Positions 29,991 to 40,968 of a stretch of DNA of 64,000 nucleotides are shown here, in pieces. The notes beneath the pieces are model-generated. The model searched no databases. It was not told where the DNA came from and saw only the letters and a list, made by a program, of their open reading frames with translations. This stretch comes from an uncultured Chthonomonadaceae bacterium (GTDB lineage: Bacteria > Armatimonadota > Chthonomonadetes > Chthonomonadales > Chthonomonadaceae): assembly GCA_963817895.1 (NCBI GenBank), contig CAWFQB010000001.1:512001-576000 (forward strand), written 5' to 3'. The translations under genes and the position numbers were made by a program. Every line of letters begins with the position of its first letter. Position 1 is the stretch's first letter.

Positions 29991-31088
29991 GCATTGCGAA
30001 CAGGTCTGCGAACTGTAACGCGGGTCTACTTCAATCACGGTGACGCCCGCGCGTTTCGCTTTGTAGTGCAGGAAGGTTTTGAGTTGCAGAAATGCCCAGT
30101 TGTGGAGTTTGGTACGAAACGCCCGATGCAAGCCGTTGCCTCGATTGCGGATGCCTGTAAGCAGTTCCACCGCGAGTGCCTTCTTTCGGAGAAGCGCGTT
30201 TTGTACCAGTTCTTTGCTGATGCGGTGGTTCTCGTTGCGGACGAAGCGGCTTTCTTTGCGTCGCGTCTTTTGCAGATGTTTGCGCGCCGAGCGGGTCTTG
30301 CGGGGTTGTAGTAGTTGGCGCAGACGGCGGTACTTGCGCCGCGCACGCTGGACGGGTTCGCCCGTGTAGCGGTGGCCTTCACTGTCGGTCGCCACGTTGA
30401 CCAGCCCTAAATCCACGCCAATCACGCCCTCTGGCTTGAAAGGTTCGGCTTCGGGTACATCTAGGGGGCAGGACAGATAGAACACGCCGTCGCGCAATAG
30501 AAGATCGGATTGCCCCCGCTTACCTTGCAGGAGTGCCTTCTGTTCCTTTGAGCATAGGAACGGGATTTTGAGCCGTCCCTGCGTCGTGGCAATGTTGCAG
30601 ACCTGCGCTTCCACATCCCAATCCAGCAGGCGGGCGTCGAGTTCAACCGCTCCGAGTGGCGCGAAGGCGCGCAGAGTGCGAGTGTCGCGTTTGTAAGCGT
30701 CGGCGACTTTGGCAAGGGCGCGGATAACATGATTCGCGTGGAGTTTCGTGACCGCTTTGACGCTATGGTAGCAGAGCGTCTGCAAAGGAAACTTGCGAAA
30801 CGTGCCCGTTTCAAACGCCAATCTACTGATGCAGTTGCAGGCCGCATTGCACACGCGCATGGTTTGCGCCAGTGCAGCGTGTTGTTGCGAGTTGGTATGC
30901 AGTTTGACGACCGTACAAAGTTGCATAAATTATTGTACCGGAAAGACCAATCGAAAACAATCGTTTGGAACCCAATAGAAAGGCAGGAACGCGGAAGTTT
31001 TTCGATTGGATAGCCTTTTGCTGAGACAAAAGTTTCCCAACAGGAAAGCCATTCCTCCGCATTGCTAAAGCAAGCGGCTTCCTGAATT
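29793..31088 (-). mobile_element. IS200/IS605-family tnpB-only (IS1341-like) element
   Basis: Minus-strand left end GGAAGCCGCTTGCTTTAGCAATGCGGAGGAAT; right end CAAGCCCCTGCGTTTACGCATGGGGTCGCTGAC; no tnpA. Confidence 0.8.
29835..30926 (-). CDS. tnpB: RNA-guided endonuclease TnpB
   Basis: RuvC residues in GVDLG, AVE and NADVNAA; CSQC...CLQC zinc finger; VDPRYSSQTC. Confidence 0.92.
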   Translation of the reverse strand: MQLCTVVKLHTNSQQHAALAQTMRVCNAACNCISRLAFETGTFRKFPLQTLCYHSVKAVTKLHANHVIRALAKVADAYKRDTRTLRAFAPLGAVELDARLLDWDVEAQVCNIATTQGRLKIPFLCSKEQKALLQGKRGQSDLLLRDGVFYLSCPLDVPEAEPFKPEGVIGVDLGLVNVATDSEGHRYTGEPVQRARRKYRRLRQLLQPRKTRSARKHLQKTRRKESRFVRNENHRISKELVQNALLRKKALAVELLTGIRNRGNGLHRAFRTKLHNWAFLQLKTFLHYKAKRAGVTVIEVDPRYSSQTCSQCQHCERANRKSQESFCCLQCGYQTNADVNAAQNLAARASLSAGLLFQSTATA

Positions 31089-31095
31089 TAATTCG

Positions 31096-31959
31096 GTGAC
31101 CGTATCCAATTTAGGCTATTATCTGCTGCTGCCGCCCCCCTGGCTTGCTGCCCTGTTGAGCGGGCTGTTCGCGCTGCTGGCGTGGCGTCTGCGCTGGCTG
31201 ACGGGGCGGGGAGCCGTTTCGACGTTTATTGTCGGCTTCTGCATCTTCTGGTTTGGCGGCGGCAAAGCCATCGTACCCCTGCTGGTTTTCTTCCTGTCGT
31301 CCTCCCTCCTTTCCAGATGGAGCAGGGCGCGTTCCCGAAACGGCAACAATCAGGAGAACATCCACTCGGAAAAGGGCAGTACAAGGGACGCGGGGCAGGT
31401 GTGGGCGAATGGCGGCATGGCGGTTGCCATCATTCTGCTGCACCGCCTGCTCGTTCTGCGCGGCCTGCCGACGTTTCGATTGGAGCAGTTTCCCACCCTG
31501 TTTCTGGCCGCGCTTGCCACTGTGAACGCCGACACCTGGGCAACCGAATTAGGCCGCCTGTCGGGACAAACGCCCCGTTCCCTGCGCGACTGGAAGCCGA
31601 TTACGCCGGGAAGTTCGGGCGCGATTTCCCTCGCAGGCACACTGGCAACGGTTGTGGGCGCGGTTATCGTACCGCTGTCCGTATACTGGTTCTGGCCCCT
31701 GAATCTGGCGCAGTTCGTGTGCGTATGCTGGGCGGGCGTTATGGGCAGCCTGATTGACAGCCTGCTCGGAGCCAGCCTGCAAGCGCAGTACCGCGACCTG
31801 ACAAGCAACGAACTGACGGAACGCGAAAATGTAAACGGACGCGCCACCAAACATGTTCGCGGCCTGCTGTGGCTGACCAACGATTGGGTTAACTTCTTCG
31901 CCAGCGTGGGCGGCGTCCTCTGCGCCTACTACCTCCTCCGCCATAGCCATTTAATGTAA
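31096..31959 (+). CDS. DUF92 membrane protein
   Basis: RDAGQVWANG, ADTWATELG, GSSGAISLAG, DSLLGASLQ, NDWVNF. Confidence 0.9.
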   Translation: MTVSNLGYYLLLPPPWLAALLSGLFALLAWRLRWLTGRGAVSTFIVGFCIFWFGGGKAIVPLLVFFLSSSLLSRWSRARSRNGNNQENIHSEKGSTRDAGQVWANGGMAVAIILLHRLLVLRGLPTFRLEQFPTLFLAALATVNADTWATELGRLSGQTPRSLRDWKPITPGSSGAISLAGTLATVVGAVIVPLSVYWFWPLNLAQFVCVCWAGVMGSLIDSLLGASLQAQYRDLTSNELTERENVNGRATKHVRGLLWLTNDWVNFFASVGGVLCAYYLLRHSHLM

Positions 31960-31971
31960 TTCACCACCCGC

Positions 31972-32203
31972 TGCGCTAGAGACACAGAGACACAGAGAGG
32001 GAACACAGAGAAGATAGGAGATAGGAGATAGGAGATACGAGAGGAGAATAGACAGGATTAACAGGATTTTCAGGATTGAACAGGATTATGTTGGAGCGGG
32101 AAGGCTTGTGGTTATTCCCTCTCGTATCTCCTATCTCCTATCTCCTATCTCCTATCTTCTCTTTCCTCCTCTCGCATTGGCTTTTCCTCTGTGTCTCTAG
32201 CGT
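31972..32203. repeat. Nested inverted tandem-repeat element (GATAGGA/TCCTATC arms)
   Basis: Outer arms CGCTAGAGACACAGAG / CTCTGTGTCTCTAGCG; inner heptamer arms; central CAGGATT repeats. Confidence 0.8.
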
Positions 32204-32332
32204 AGCGTGTGGTCTTTTTTCGATACAGAGAAGACGATTTTGAAAAATCAGGCAGGAGGCGCGGCAGGAAAAGCCGAACTGTCAGGGTGACGAGACTGGC
32301 TCGTAACCATCACACAGGAGGACATTCCCGCA

Positions 32333-33392
32333 ATGACTGCCGGAAACACACCAAAAGACAAAATCCGCGTCGGACTGATCGGCTGCGGAGGCATTTCCAA
32401 ATCCCATCTGCCCCACCTTTCCAAATCCGAGGACGTGGAACTCGCCGCGTTCTGCGATGTTGTCGTAGAACGGGCGCAGAAACGCGCCGAAGAATACGGC
32501 GGCAACGTGTACGACGATGCCGCCAAAATGCTGGCAGCCGAAAATCTGGATGCCGCCTACATTCTCATCCCCACCTACGCGCACGGAGCGCCGGAACGCG
32601 CCTGCATCGCGGCCCAAGTGCCGTTCCTGGTGGAAAAGCCAATGCACCTTGACCCGGTTGACCTGCGCAAACTGTCTAAAGAGGTAGAAGCGTCCGGCTT
32701 GATTGCAATGTCGGGCTTTATGAACCGCTATCGGCAGTCCGTGAATCGCGTCAAGGACATACTTGCTGAAGACAGCGTGATCCTGATGGATGGCGCGTGG
32801 GTGAGCGGCCCGCCCGTGAAGAAAGAGGGCGATTATTTCGCCAACAATCCTATCGGGCAGTGGTGGCCCGTCAAGGAAAAAAGCGGCGGGCAATTCGTGG
32901 AGCAGGTGATTCACACGGTTGATCTGGCGCGGTATCTCGGCGGGGACGTGGCGGAAGTACACGCTTTCGCGGCGCGGGGCTTCAATCAGAAACTGTCGAA
33001 CATCGTGGACAACTACACCAACGACGACGCGATGGTCGTGTCCATGAAGTTCGCGAACGGCGGCGTGGGCAATATCTTCGCGTCGTGTTCCACGCCTGCG
33101 GGCGGCGGCGTGTTCCTGAACGTGTGGGCGGGTCAGCATACAGCCAAGTTCACCGATTGGGCGCACCACGTCAGCATTTATACGGCGGGCGAAAAAGAGG
33201 CCGAAGTCCATCAAGGGCGACATTGACGACATCTTCCCCACAGAAGACCGCGTGTTCATTGACGCCGTGAAAACCGGCGACCGCTCCAAAATCAAAGCCA
33301 CCTACATGGACGGCGCGAAAACCACTCTGCTTTGTCTCGCCGCCAACGAAAGCCTCGAAAAGGGCGGCCCGGTGAAGGTGCAGTACGAGTAG
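32333..33392 (+). CDS. Gfo/Idh/MocA oxidoreductase (frameshift near 33209)
   Basis: GLIGCGGI, LVEKP, GGQFVEQVIH; C-terminus EDRVFIDAVKTGD...AANES lies in the shifted frame. Confidence 0.85.
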
Positions 33393-33517
33393 AGGAAAGA
33401 TAGGAGATACGAGATACGAGATAGGAGTAAATGCGTTGTTTCCATCACTTTCTTGCGAAGGCATAAAAACCGAAATCCGCTTTTCACTCGTATCTCGTAT
33501 CTCGTATCTCCTATCTC

Positions 33518-34619
33518 CTAAAGGTACTGCCGGAACGTGAACGGCTTGCCTTGCAGGAGTTTCCACTGCGCCTGCTGTTCGGGGGTGAGGAGCAGGAGGG
33601 CCTTCTTGTCGGCGGCTTTCAGGGCGGCTTCGCTCTGTTTGGCGGCGGCATCGCTGGCCTGCTGTATCTGTTCGGGCGTGGGCGGGGTGAAATTGCCGGG
33701 AGTTGCCGGAGTGGCGGCATCGGGCGGCGTGTTGGGAGCGGCCTTGTCGTTCGGGTCTGTGGGCTGCGCGCCGCTTTTCCCGGTTGTACCCCGTGTGCCG
33801 GTTGCGCCCCGCGCGCCGGTCGGACGATTGCCGCCGACGCCGGGATTCGCGCCCGGAAGTCCGGGGAAACCGCCGCCGGGCGAAAACATGCTGGTCTGCG
33901 CTTTCATGCGGGTGTCGCGCAATTCTTTGAGCATGGCGGTGAATTTGGCGCGCTGATCCGGCGTCAGACCCACTTTATCCGCCAGTTTCTCGTCGGACAG
34001 AGCAAGCGGGCCGCGCCATTGCAAATCCAGTTCGCGCAGGCGTTTGGTTTGCGCCGGGAATCAAGACCGCTTCGGACTTCTTGTTCTGGTCGGCCTGAAC
34101 CGCCGTAAGGCTGTCGGTTACTGTGTCGCGCATCTGCGTGAACATCTGCTGGCGCTCATCCGGGGACATGGAGCGGGGGTCCAGATTGCCGCCCTCCTGC
34201 TGCATTTTCTGAATACTGCTCATCACGGTCGTCATTATGCCCGTCATCATGGCGGCGGGATAGCCGTTTTGCAGACCGACGATAGTTTCCGTCTGGCGTC
34301 CGTTGAGAATCAGTTCGTTGCGCACGTCGGAGCGGGTCAGCAGGTTGGCCGTCTGGCCGACGCCGGGGTCCACAAAGGCGTGGGTCTGGCGCATTTTGTT
34401 GAGCATTTCGCCCATCTGCGCGCCCATCGGGCTGTTCATAATCGCGCCCGTGACATTGGGAATTTGGCCGGGGGTCAGGGTGGGGGTGGGATTGCCGCCG
34501 TTCGCGCCTCCCTGCCCGCCCGCGCCCTGCGCGAAACTGAGGCCATTCGCGCTGAGGAACAACACGGCAGCAGCGCCTGCCACAAGAAGTACGGGTTTTC
34601 GGTTGAGCCGAGTGTTCAT
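33518..34619 (-). CDS. Exported helical protein with LTxxQ motifs (frameshift near 34057)
   Basis: Signal peptide; VRNELIL, KRLRELDLQWRG, GLTPDQ, LLTPEQQAQW...GKPF. Confidence 0.7.
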
Positions 34620-34765
34620 AAAAGTTTTCTCCTGATCAGGTTCTCGTGAACCTGTTAAAACACATTACCACAAAAACGGCGTGAATGGCGTCATTGGTTT
34701 CAAACAACCTGTAGTCAAATTCAGTCAACAATGTTCTCCCTGCCTGCGTATTTAGCGGAAATGCG

Positions 34766-35165
34766 GTTTTAATCCCCCCGGCTTTAGCCGCGCGTGTCCT
34801 TCGCTTCGCGTGGACGCCCGATACGCAAACCGCAACGCGCGAAGCGCATTTTGAATCTGACGGTTGGCAACCTCCGCTTGACGAACTGTACGCTTGTCGG
34901 GCATAGCAGAGTCACTGCCACAAAGCGCGGAGCAGGTTGGTATAGATGTTGGGCTGCAACCTTTTGCGGCTACCAGCGAAGGGGAGTTCGTCGTCGGGCG
35001 TCCACCGGGCGTAGCCGGAAGGACATCCCCGCTTCTTCCGCAAGGACGAGAAGGCTCTGGCGAAAGCGCAACGCAAAGCCGACAAGTGCAAACACGCCCG
35101 TACAAAGGAGCAGAAGACGGAACGGTGAAAAGGCGCCTTCATGGACGCGCAACGCGGGATGCGAT
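34766..35165 (+). pseudogene. Decayed tnpB / IS605-family remnant
   Basis: End-like AATCCCCCCGGCTTTAGCCG; QVGIDVGLQPFAATSEGE (RuvC-I) and PRFFRKDEKALAKAQRK in different frames. Confidence 0.75.
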
Positions 35166-35498
35166 AAGCAGGCGCAAAGCAGGAAGCGGCAAGCGAGTTC
35201 TGAATACAGCAGGGTAACAGAAAAGACTGAAAAGAGAAGCAGGTGACTAGACTTTAACACATCCCGCTAATTTTGCCAACCTATTTCCGAAAGTTTTTTT
35301 GAACCAATTTATCGACATGTTGCGGAAGGGTTCCTCGCTGCTCCACCGACGAAAAACAGCCCCTACGCAATTGTGAAATCACGGAAGGGCTGCCTCTCCC
35401 TGTCAACTATCAGGGTGTACCTTCAACGAAAGGACTCCCCTTCTCCCAGGCTTTTTGGGAGAAGGGGTATGTCCACAAGTGGACGCCCGGGTTGAGGG

Positions 35499-37460
35499 CT
35501 ACAATCGCGGGGAGGGCGGCTTGATTGGCTCCTCGAACGGCAACACGCCCTTGACGCGCAGTTTGCGTTTGTACAATACGCCGCCACAGGCGAGATACAG
35601 CGTGTCATGGTTTGCCCCGCCCCATGTCATGTCGGTAGGTGGCTTGCGCAACGGCAGCGACAAAATGCCGTTCACGCGCCCCGCCTGATCGCACACCTGA
35701 ATGCCCGCCGGAGTCGCCACATACAGCCAGCCCTGCGTATCCGTTACCATTGCTGTCGCCTGCGTTCCCGTCTGGCGATACGGAATCGTCAGGTCGAAAA
35801 ACGGCTCAACGTCGGACAACGTGCCATCCGCCTGTATGCGCCACGAAACCAGCGACTTACGCGGTTCGCTCCCCGTCGTTATCAGCAAGCTTTGGTCGGG
35901 CGTAAGCGCAAGAGGGAAATCGGAATTTTTGAACCGGTTGCGGAAATCGTTAGCAGCGAGAAGCATCTCTTCTTCAATGTCTCTGGGGTAAGCGAGATGG
36001 CTTTTCCCTTTTTTATCCAGCATCCATATATCGCCCCGGCGAGTGTCTGTGTAATAGGCCATGCCCTGATGATTATAAATCAGTCTTGATGCGAAAACAT
36101 TGCGAGCAAGAACCGTTGTCTTTTTGTCCGTCTCATAAAGGGTCACATCCCTGTCACCGATTACAATGAGCCGGCCATCGGGAGTGACAGCAAGCGAATA
36201 TACAGATGGGGTATCGCGGCGGAGTACGTCCACAACTCCCGTTGTATTGAGACGGCGTATGGAACTCCTGGGGTAGTCTGTGAAATAAACGTTGCCCGCC
36301 GCATCGGCTGCCAGGCTTGTCGCCGTCTGGTTTTCTATTGGCTGCCAGTCGTCACCGGGGGAAATGATCTGCATAATCGGCTGCCGCGACGTGGTTGTCG
36401 CCGCCACAATCGGCGCGGGGTAGTCGCGCCACAGCCAGCGCATCACTTCGGGAAAGATTAAACTGCCCGGCCTGCCGTCATGTCCGCCTTTGCCCACGAC
36501 AAACTGCGTATCGTAGCCCCCAAACTTCAACGCGGCAGCCACTTCCTGATTGGCGAGCGGCCAGCTTCCCGAATAGATGTCCTGATCCTGATCGTTGTCC
36601 TGTAGGAAAATGCGCAGGGGTTTCGGCTCGTACTTGCGGATTTTCGACGGGAACGTATCGCCGCCCGCCAGATCGGTGAAACTGCCGATCACGCTGTACA
36701 CGCGCCGGAACTGGTCGGGACGCTCCCATGCGGCGACAAACGCGGCAATGCCTCCCGAACTGCCCCCGCACAAACCCCGGTCATTGGGATTCTGGCTCAG
36801 GTTGACGGTCTTTTCCACTTCCGGCAATATTTCGTCCAGCAGAAACCGCGCGTAGGTATCGTCCGGCGTATCGTATTCCACGCTGCGATTGTAGCGGGGC
36901 AGGGCATTGTTCGGATTTGCGCCCGCAGGCGGAGCGACGCCCGGATTGATGCCGATAGCAACCGTGACAGGCATCTGCTTTTTGGCAATCAGGTTGTCGA
37001 ATACGGTGGGCGCGTTGAACCCCAATCCGTCCTGAAAGATCATCACGCAGGCCGGTTTGGAAGCGTCGTACTGCGCGGGAATATACACGCGATACCGGTG
37101 TTCCGTGCCGGGATAGATGTGGCTCGTCTTCCAAACGTAATCTTTCACGGTTCCATGCGGCACGTTCTGCGCCTGCAAGTCCGGGTCGGGCGGCGCGGCC
37201 TGCGCCCCGGATTTACAAACCGCGAAACACGCGAAATACACGAAAAGGGAAAAAGGAAAAAGGAGAAAGGAGAAAGCCGAACGCCTCAATTTCCGAATTC
37301 CCAAATGGCGAAAAGGCAAAATGCTATTACTCTGAAGCGTCGCTATGCGCGTGTTTCTTTCGTTCCCAGAACGATTGGCCGCAGGCCTGATTAACCGGAT
37401 TTTTATAATCCGGTTACGAGGGGAAGATTTATGCAAAATCGCCCAATCGAAAATCTTCAT
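35499..37460 (-). CDS. Esterase (Fes-like alpha/beta hydrolase) + SMP-30/gluconolactonase fusion (start uncertain)
   Basis: VYIPAQY, FQDG, GGSSGG, IGSF, GGHDG; then beta-propeller GIQVCDQAGRV. Confidence 0.85.
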   Translation of the reverse strand: MKIFDWAILHKSSPRNRIIKIRLIRPAANRSGNERNTRIATLQSNSILPFRHLGIRKLRRSAFSFLLFPFSLFVYFACFAVCKSGAQAAPPDPDLQAQNVPHGTVKDYVWKTSHIYPGTEHRYRVYIPAQYDASKPACVMIFQDGLGFNAPTVFDNLIAKKQMPVTVAIGINPGVAPPAGANPNNALPRYNRSVEYDTPDDTYARFLLDEILPEVEKTVNLSQNPNDRGLCGGSSGGIAAFVAAWERPDQFRRVYSVIGSFTDLAGGDTFPSKIRKYEPKPLRIFLQDNDQDQDIYSGSWPLANQEVAAALKFGGYDTQFVVGKGGHDGRPGSLIFPEVMRWLWRDYPAPIVAATTTSRQPIMQIISPGDDWQPIENQTATSLAADAAGNVYFTDYPRSSIRRLNTTGVVDVLRRDTPSVYSLAVTPDGRLIVIGDRDVTLYETDKKTTVLARNVFASRLIYNHQGMAYYTDTRRGDIWMLDKKGKSHLAYPRDIEEEMLLAANDFRNRFKNSDFPLALTPDQSLLITTGSEPRKSLVSWRIQADGTLSDVEPFFDLTIPYRQTGTQATAMVTDTQGWLYVATPAGIQVCDQAGRVNGILSLPLRKPPTDMTWGGANHDTLYLACGGVLYKRKLRVKGVLPFEEPIKPPSPRL

Positions 37461-38515
37461 GCCGTCAGTTCCTCCATTGTCACCACGCCGCCCCGCGTGA
37501 CGGCCTCGCGCGTGAGCAGGCAGGCGAGAACCGAGTCGCGGCCCTCTGCAACGCCCGCGACGGGAGCGGTGCGCGTCCGTACCGAGTTGACAAACGCTTT
37601 CAGGCACAGCAGGGAGTTGGTCACGCCTTCGGGCAGGTCCTGACCGGGACGATCCGGCAGTTTCAGTTCCCGGCGGTAGGAGATCAGGCCGGAATTGAAA
37701 TCCACGCCGCCCCGTGTGCCGAGCAGCCGCGTGTACTCGTCGTTGAATGCGGGTTTGAACGCGCCCTCCTGACCGGGCGCGACCCAACTGTGCAGGATGT
37801 TGACCACAAGGCCATTCGGGTACTCCACGAGCGCGGAGTAATAATCGGTCACGTCCCGATCCGGCTGCTGTTCCTTGTAAAGCCCTTTGCGTCCCATCCC
37901 CATTGCCCGAATCGGCAGGCTGCGCGTCGCCCAGTTGATAACGTCCCAGTTGTGGACGGCCTGTTCCACCATCCAGTCGCCGGACACGTCCCGATGCCCG
38001 AACCAGTTGTACAGCGGCCCCCAGGCGTTGGACCAGCAGACGCGCGCCTCCACCAGATCGCCCAACTCGCCCGCGTAAATCTCCTGCATGGTTTCAATGA
38101 AACGCGGGTCGGCGCGGCGCTGAAATCCCAACTGCACGATCTGCTTGCTGCCATTGGCTGCCTGAACCACTTTGTCGCACTCCTGCGGCGTCAGGGCAAG
38201 GGGTTTTTCGCCATACAAATCCTTGCCCGCCGCAATGGTATCCAGATAGTTTTGCGCGTGAAGGCCGCACGGCAGGGCGCTGACAACCGCCTCGATGCCG
38301 GGATGCGCCAGAGCCTCCTGCCAGTTCTCAAATTCGGCGGGCGCGGGCTGTCCCGCGTCCATGATTCTCTTCTTGGCTTTGGCGCGGTTGTCGGCGTTGG
38401 GGTCGCAAATAGCGCGAACGGCCACGCCCTCAATCTTCAGCAGCAGTTGCAGCAGATACCCGCCGCGCCCACCCACGCCAATGCTGGCAAACGAAATGTC
38501 GTTAGTTGTTGTCAT
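37457..38515 (-). CDS. Gfo/Idh/MocA oxidoreductase
   Basis: IGVGGRG, YGEKP, GFQRR, SGDWMVEQAVH. Confidence 0.9.
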   Translation of the reverse strand: MTTTNDISFASIGVGGRGGYLLQLLLKIEGVAVRAICDPNADNRAKAKKRIMDAGQPAPAEFENWQEALAHPGIEAVVSALPCGLHAQNYLDTIAAGKDLYGEKPLALTPQECDKVVQAANGSKQIVQLGFQRRADPRFIETMQEIYAGELGDLVEARVCWSNAWGPLYNWFGHRDVSGDWMVEQAVHNWDVINWATRSLPIRAMGMGRKGLYKEQQPDRDVTDYYSALVEYPNGLVVNILHSWVAPGQEGAFKPAFNDEYTRLLGTRGGVDFNSGLISYRRELKLPDRPGQDLPEGVTNSLLCLKAFVNSVRTRTAPVAGVAEGRDSVLACLLTREAVTRGGVVTMEELTA

Positions 38516-38618
38516 GGAAAACTCCTTGAGGATAGGTTGTTAGGTTGTTAGTTGTTAGCGCCAGCCTTGTTTGACTTGCGCATTGGCCTAATGACCTAAC
38601 AACTAACAACCTAACAAC

Positions 38619-39092
38619 CTAATTCCTCGCGCACCATTGAAATAAAATTTGCCACTCTTCGCGCTGGCGGGCAAGGAGGGCGGGAGGATCGCTGCCGGGC
38701 GCTTGAGAGACGGCGTCTATGAGCGCGTCGGGATCAAGATCGGAATGGGATTGGCGCAGGGGATGGCGGGCGGCGCGGCGCATCCAGTAGTGGCTGTTGG
38801 AAAAATCGCCTTCGCGCCGGTGCATGATGCCGTGCCAGTACGCGCCGGTCGCATCGTCGAGGGATTGGCTCAATTCGTGGCTGCGCTCCAGATCGTCCAC
38901 GTACAGCCACAAGCCTGCGGCAAGATCGGGACGGGAGGCGAGAGCGGGGGAATGGAGAGCGGTTTGCAGAGCGGCCATTACCGCCTCCGGGGGCGCATGG
39001 CTGCCCACTAAATGGGGCATCGCTGCCTCTAAAGGCAGAATGGCGAACAAATCCGCGCAGGCGGCGGCAATTTCCGGGGGCAAGTCGAGCAT
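38619..39092 (-). CDS. Conserved hypothetical protein
   Basis: AGLWLYVDDLERSH...YWHGIMHRREGDFSNSHYW. Confidence 0.75.
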   Translation of the reverse strand: MLDLPPEIAAACADLFAILPLEAAMPHLVGSHAPPEAVMAALQTALHSPALASRPDLAAGLWLYVDDLERSHELSQSLDDATGAYWHGIMHRREGDFSNSHYWMRRAARHPLRQSHSDLDPDALIDAVSQAPGSDPPALLARQREEWQILFQWCARN

Positions 39093-39188
39093 CGCAAGGT
39101 TTCTCCCTGTGTCGTTGATAATCAGCGTCCTGATTGTTCATCGAAACACAGGGAAATACCTGCCGCAAACGCGGAAAACGAGAAATTA

Positions 39189-39911
39189 TCAGGAATGAAG
39201 GAAACGCCGTTCCTCCGAACGGATAGCCGGGGGCGAGGCGGTTCCCCTGCGCCCACCCTCCAGTACGCGATCTATCAGGCCGTATTCCTGCGCTTCCCGC
39301 GCCGACAGATAGTAGTCTCGATCCATGTCGCGGCGCAGTTTCTCTCTGTCCCTGCCCGTCGCGTTGGCGTAAATATCGAGAAGTGTCTCGTACTGCCGGT
39401 TCATCTCTTCCAGATAGATTTTGGCGTCGGACACGTTGCCCTGAAAGCCGCCGCTGGCCTGATGTATCATAATGCGGGCGTTGGGCAGGGCGTAGCGTTT
39501 GCCCGGTGTGCCGCCCGCCAGCAAAACCGAACCCATCGAGGCCGCGATGCCCACGCAAACGGTCGCGATGTCACAGGAGATGTGCGTCATCACATCGTAC
39601 ATTGCCAGTCCCGCCGAAACGCTGCCGCCCGGGCTGTTGATATAAATGTCAATGTCGGCGTCCGGGTCTTCCTTTTCCAGAAACAGCAGTTCGGCAATCA
39701 CGAGGTTGGCGATCTGATCGTCAATTTGGTCGCCGATGAAAACCACGCGGTCTTTGAGCAGGCGCGAATAGATGTCATAGGCGCGTTCGCCCCGCGCCGA
39801 CTGCTCGATCACCATCGGAACCACGCCCCGCACCATTTGCGGCGGCACGAAATTAGAAGAATTAAATTGGCGCATGTAAGCCTCCTCCCGCTTTTCATAA
39901 GCCGGTTTCAC
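39189..39911 (-). CDS. clpP: ATP-dependent Clp protease proteolytic subunit
   Basis: [24 protein letters not shown] (Ser), IMIHQ (His), MDRD (Asp). Confidence 0.95.
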   Translation of the reverse strand: MKPAYEKREEAYMRQFNSSNFVPPQMVRGVVPMVIEQSARGERAYDIYSRLLKDRVVFIGDQIDDQIANLVIAELLFLEKEDPDADIDIYINSPGGSVSAGLAMYDVMTHISCDIATVCVGIAASMGSVLLAGGTPGKRYALPNARIMIHQASGGFQGNVSDAKIYLEEMNRQYETLLDIYANATGRDREKLRRDMDRDYYLSAREAQEYGLIDRVLEGGRRGTASPPAIRSEERRFLHS

Positions 39912-40474
39912 AATGTAACTTTTTCACGGTCAAACTCTGTTGTTATGCGGCGGCGGACGCAACGGATTGGCTGCGCTGACGTTGGCAGTATGATGCGGCC
40001 CATTCGAGTTTGCCCCGCCTGCGAACCATCGGAACTCAGAAAGGCGGCAAGACGGTTCGCAAAGTTGATGGAAACGAAATGGTTGTTTCCCCCCGAATTG
40101 GCGCGGGATGTTTCCAGCCCGATGTGTTCCAATCGCAGGCGGGTTCCCTCCTCAACGGCTTCCAGCGTCCATGTAACGAGCGTGGGCGTTTGCTGCTCAT
40201 CATCGGCCTGCCATGTGTAGGCAAGTCGGCGCGGCGCTTCCAACTCCACAACCTGACAGCGCACTTTCACCCGAACCCCCTTTTCCGATGCGCGGGTGAA
40301 GTGGAAACGATGGCCCCGCTTCGGCTTGAAAGTGGTGGGCAGCAGCCATTGCGACAGCGCGTTCGGGTCCGTTAAGGCTTGCCAGACCCTCTCCGGCGAA
40401 TGTGAGAAGACTCTCTCAAAATGGATTCCATTCCGCAAGCGACCTGCTCTTTCCGGTTTTATATCCGGTTTCAT
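39908..40474 (-). CDS. SRPBCC/AHSA1-domain protein
   Basis: [12 protein letters not shown]...LAYTW...VTWTLE...GTRLRLEH. Confidence 0.88.
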   Translation of the reverse strand: MKPDIKPERAGRLRNGIHFERVFSHSPERVWQALTDPNALSQWLLPTTFKPKRGHRFHFTRASEKGVRVKVRCQVVELEAPRRLAYTWQADDEQQTPTLVTWTLEAVEEGTRLRLEHIGLETSRANSGGNNHFVSINFANRLAAFLSSDGSQAGQTRMGRIILPTSAQPIRCVRRRITTEFDREKVTL

Positions 40475-40517
40475 GCGCTCCTCCTTTGCGTCAATTTCGC
40501 TTCATTCCGGCCTTGCT

Positions 40518-40856
40518 TTATTCCGGTTCGTTTTGTTCTTGTTCTGCCAGATATGTTTCCAGCGCGTCCAGTTTATTGTTCCAGAACGGCTCATAGAAGG
40601 CAATCCAATCGGCGACGGGTTTCAGGGCGTACGGGTTCAGGCGGTACACGCGCTCCCGGCCCGCTTTACGCGCTGTCACCAACCCCACTTCGCGCAGAAT
40701 GTGAAGATGCTGCGAGATGGCCGAAAGCGAAACCTCAAACTGCGCCTTCAGCGCCGAAACCGGCAGTTCGCCGCTCCCCAGATTGCGCAGAATCGCGCGT
40801 CGGGTCGGGTCGGCAATCGCGGTAAAAACATCCATAGCGGCATCGTGTCGGCTCAT
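40518..40856 (-). CDS. ArsR/SmtB-family transcriptional regulator
   Basis: [44 protein letters not shown]. Confidence 0.92.
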   Translation of the reverse strand: MSRHDAAMDVFTAIADPTRRAILRNLGSGELPVSALKAQFEVSLSAISQHLHILREVGLVTARKAGRERVYRLNPYALKPVADWIAFYEPFWNNKLDALETYLAEQEQNEPE

Positions 40857-40862
40857 GGGTTC

Positions 40863-40892
40863 ATTATACATTAGCAAATGCTTAAATGTCAA
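40863..40892 (-). promoter_or_regulatory. Consensus sigma70 promoter of the arsR operon with a probable operator in the spacer
   Basis: TTGACA-N18-TATAAT, 6 nt before ATG (leaderless); spacer holds the imperfect palindrome TTAAGCATTTGCTAA. Confidence 0.75.
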
Positions 40893-40968
40893 GCCTGCAC
40901 ACAGGGCAAACGTTTGCGATTTTCATACGTTTATAGTTGAAGAAGAAAATCTGCCCAAAGGTAAACCT

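Noticed and set aside
29835..30926. Cas12f / type V CRISPR effector
   Set aside because: No array or cas1/cas2, and IS200/IS605 ends flank the gene.
37461..37787. Upstream extension of the esterase/gluconolactonase ORF
   Set aside because: It overlaps the oxidoreductase gene on the same strand in another frame.
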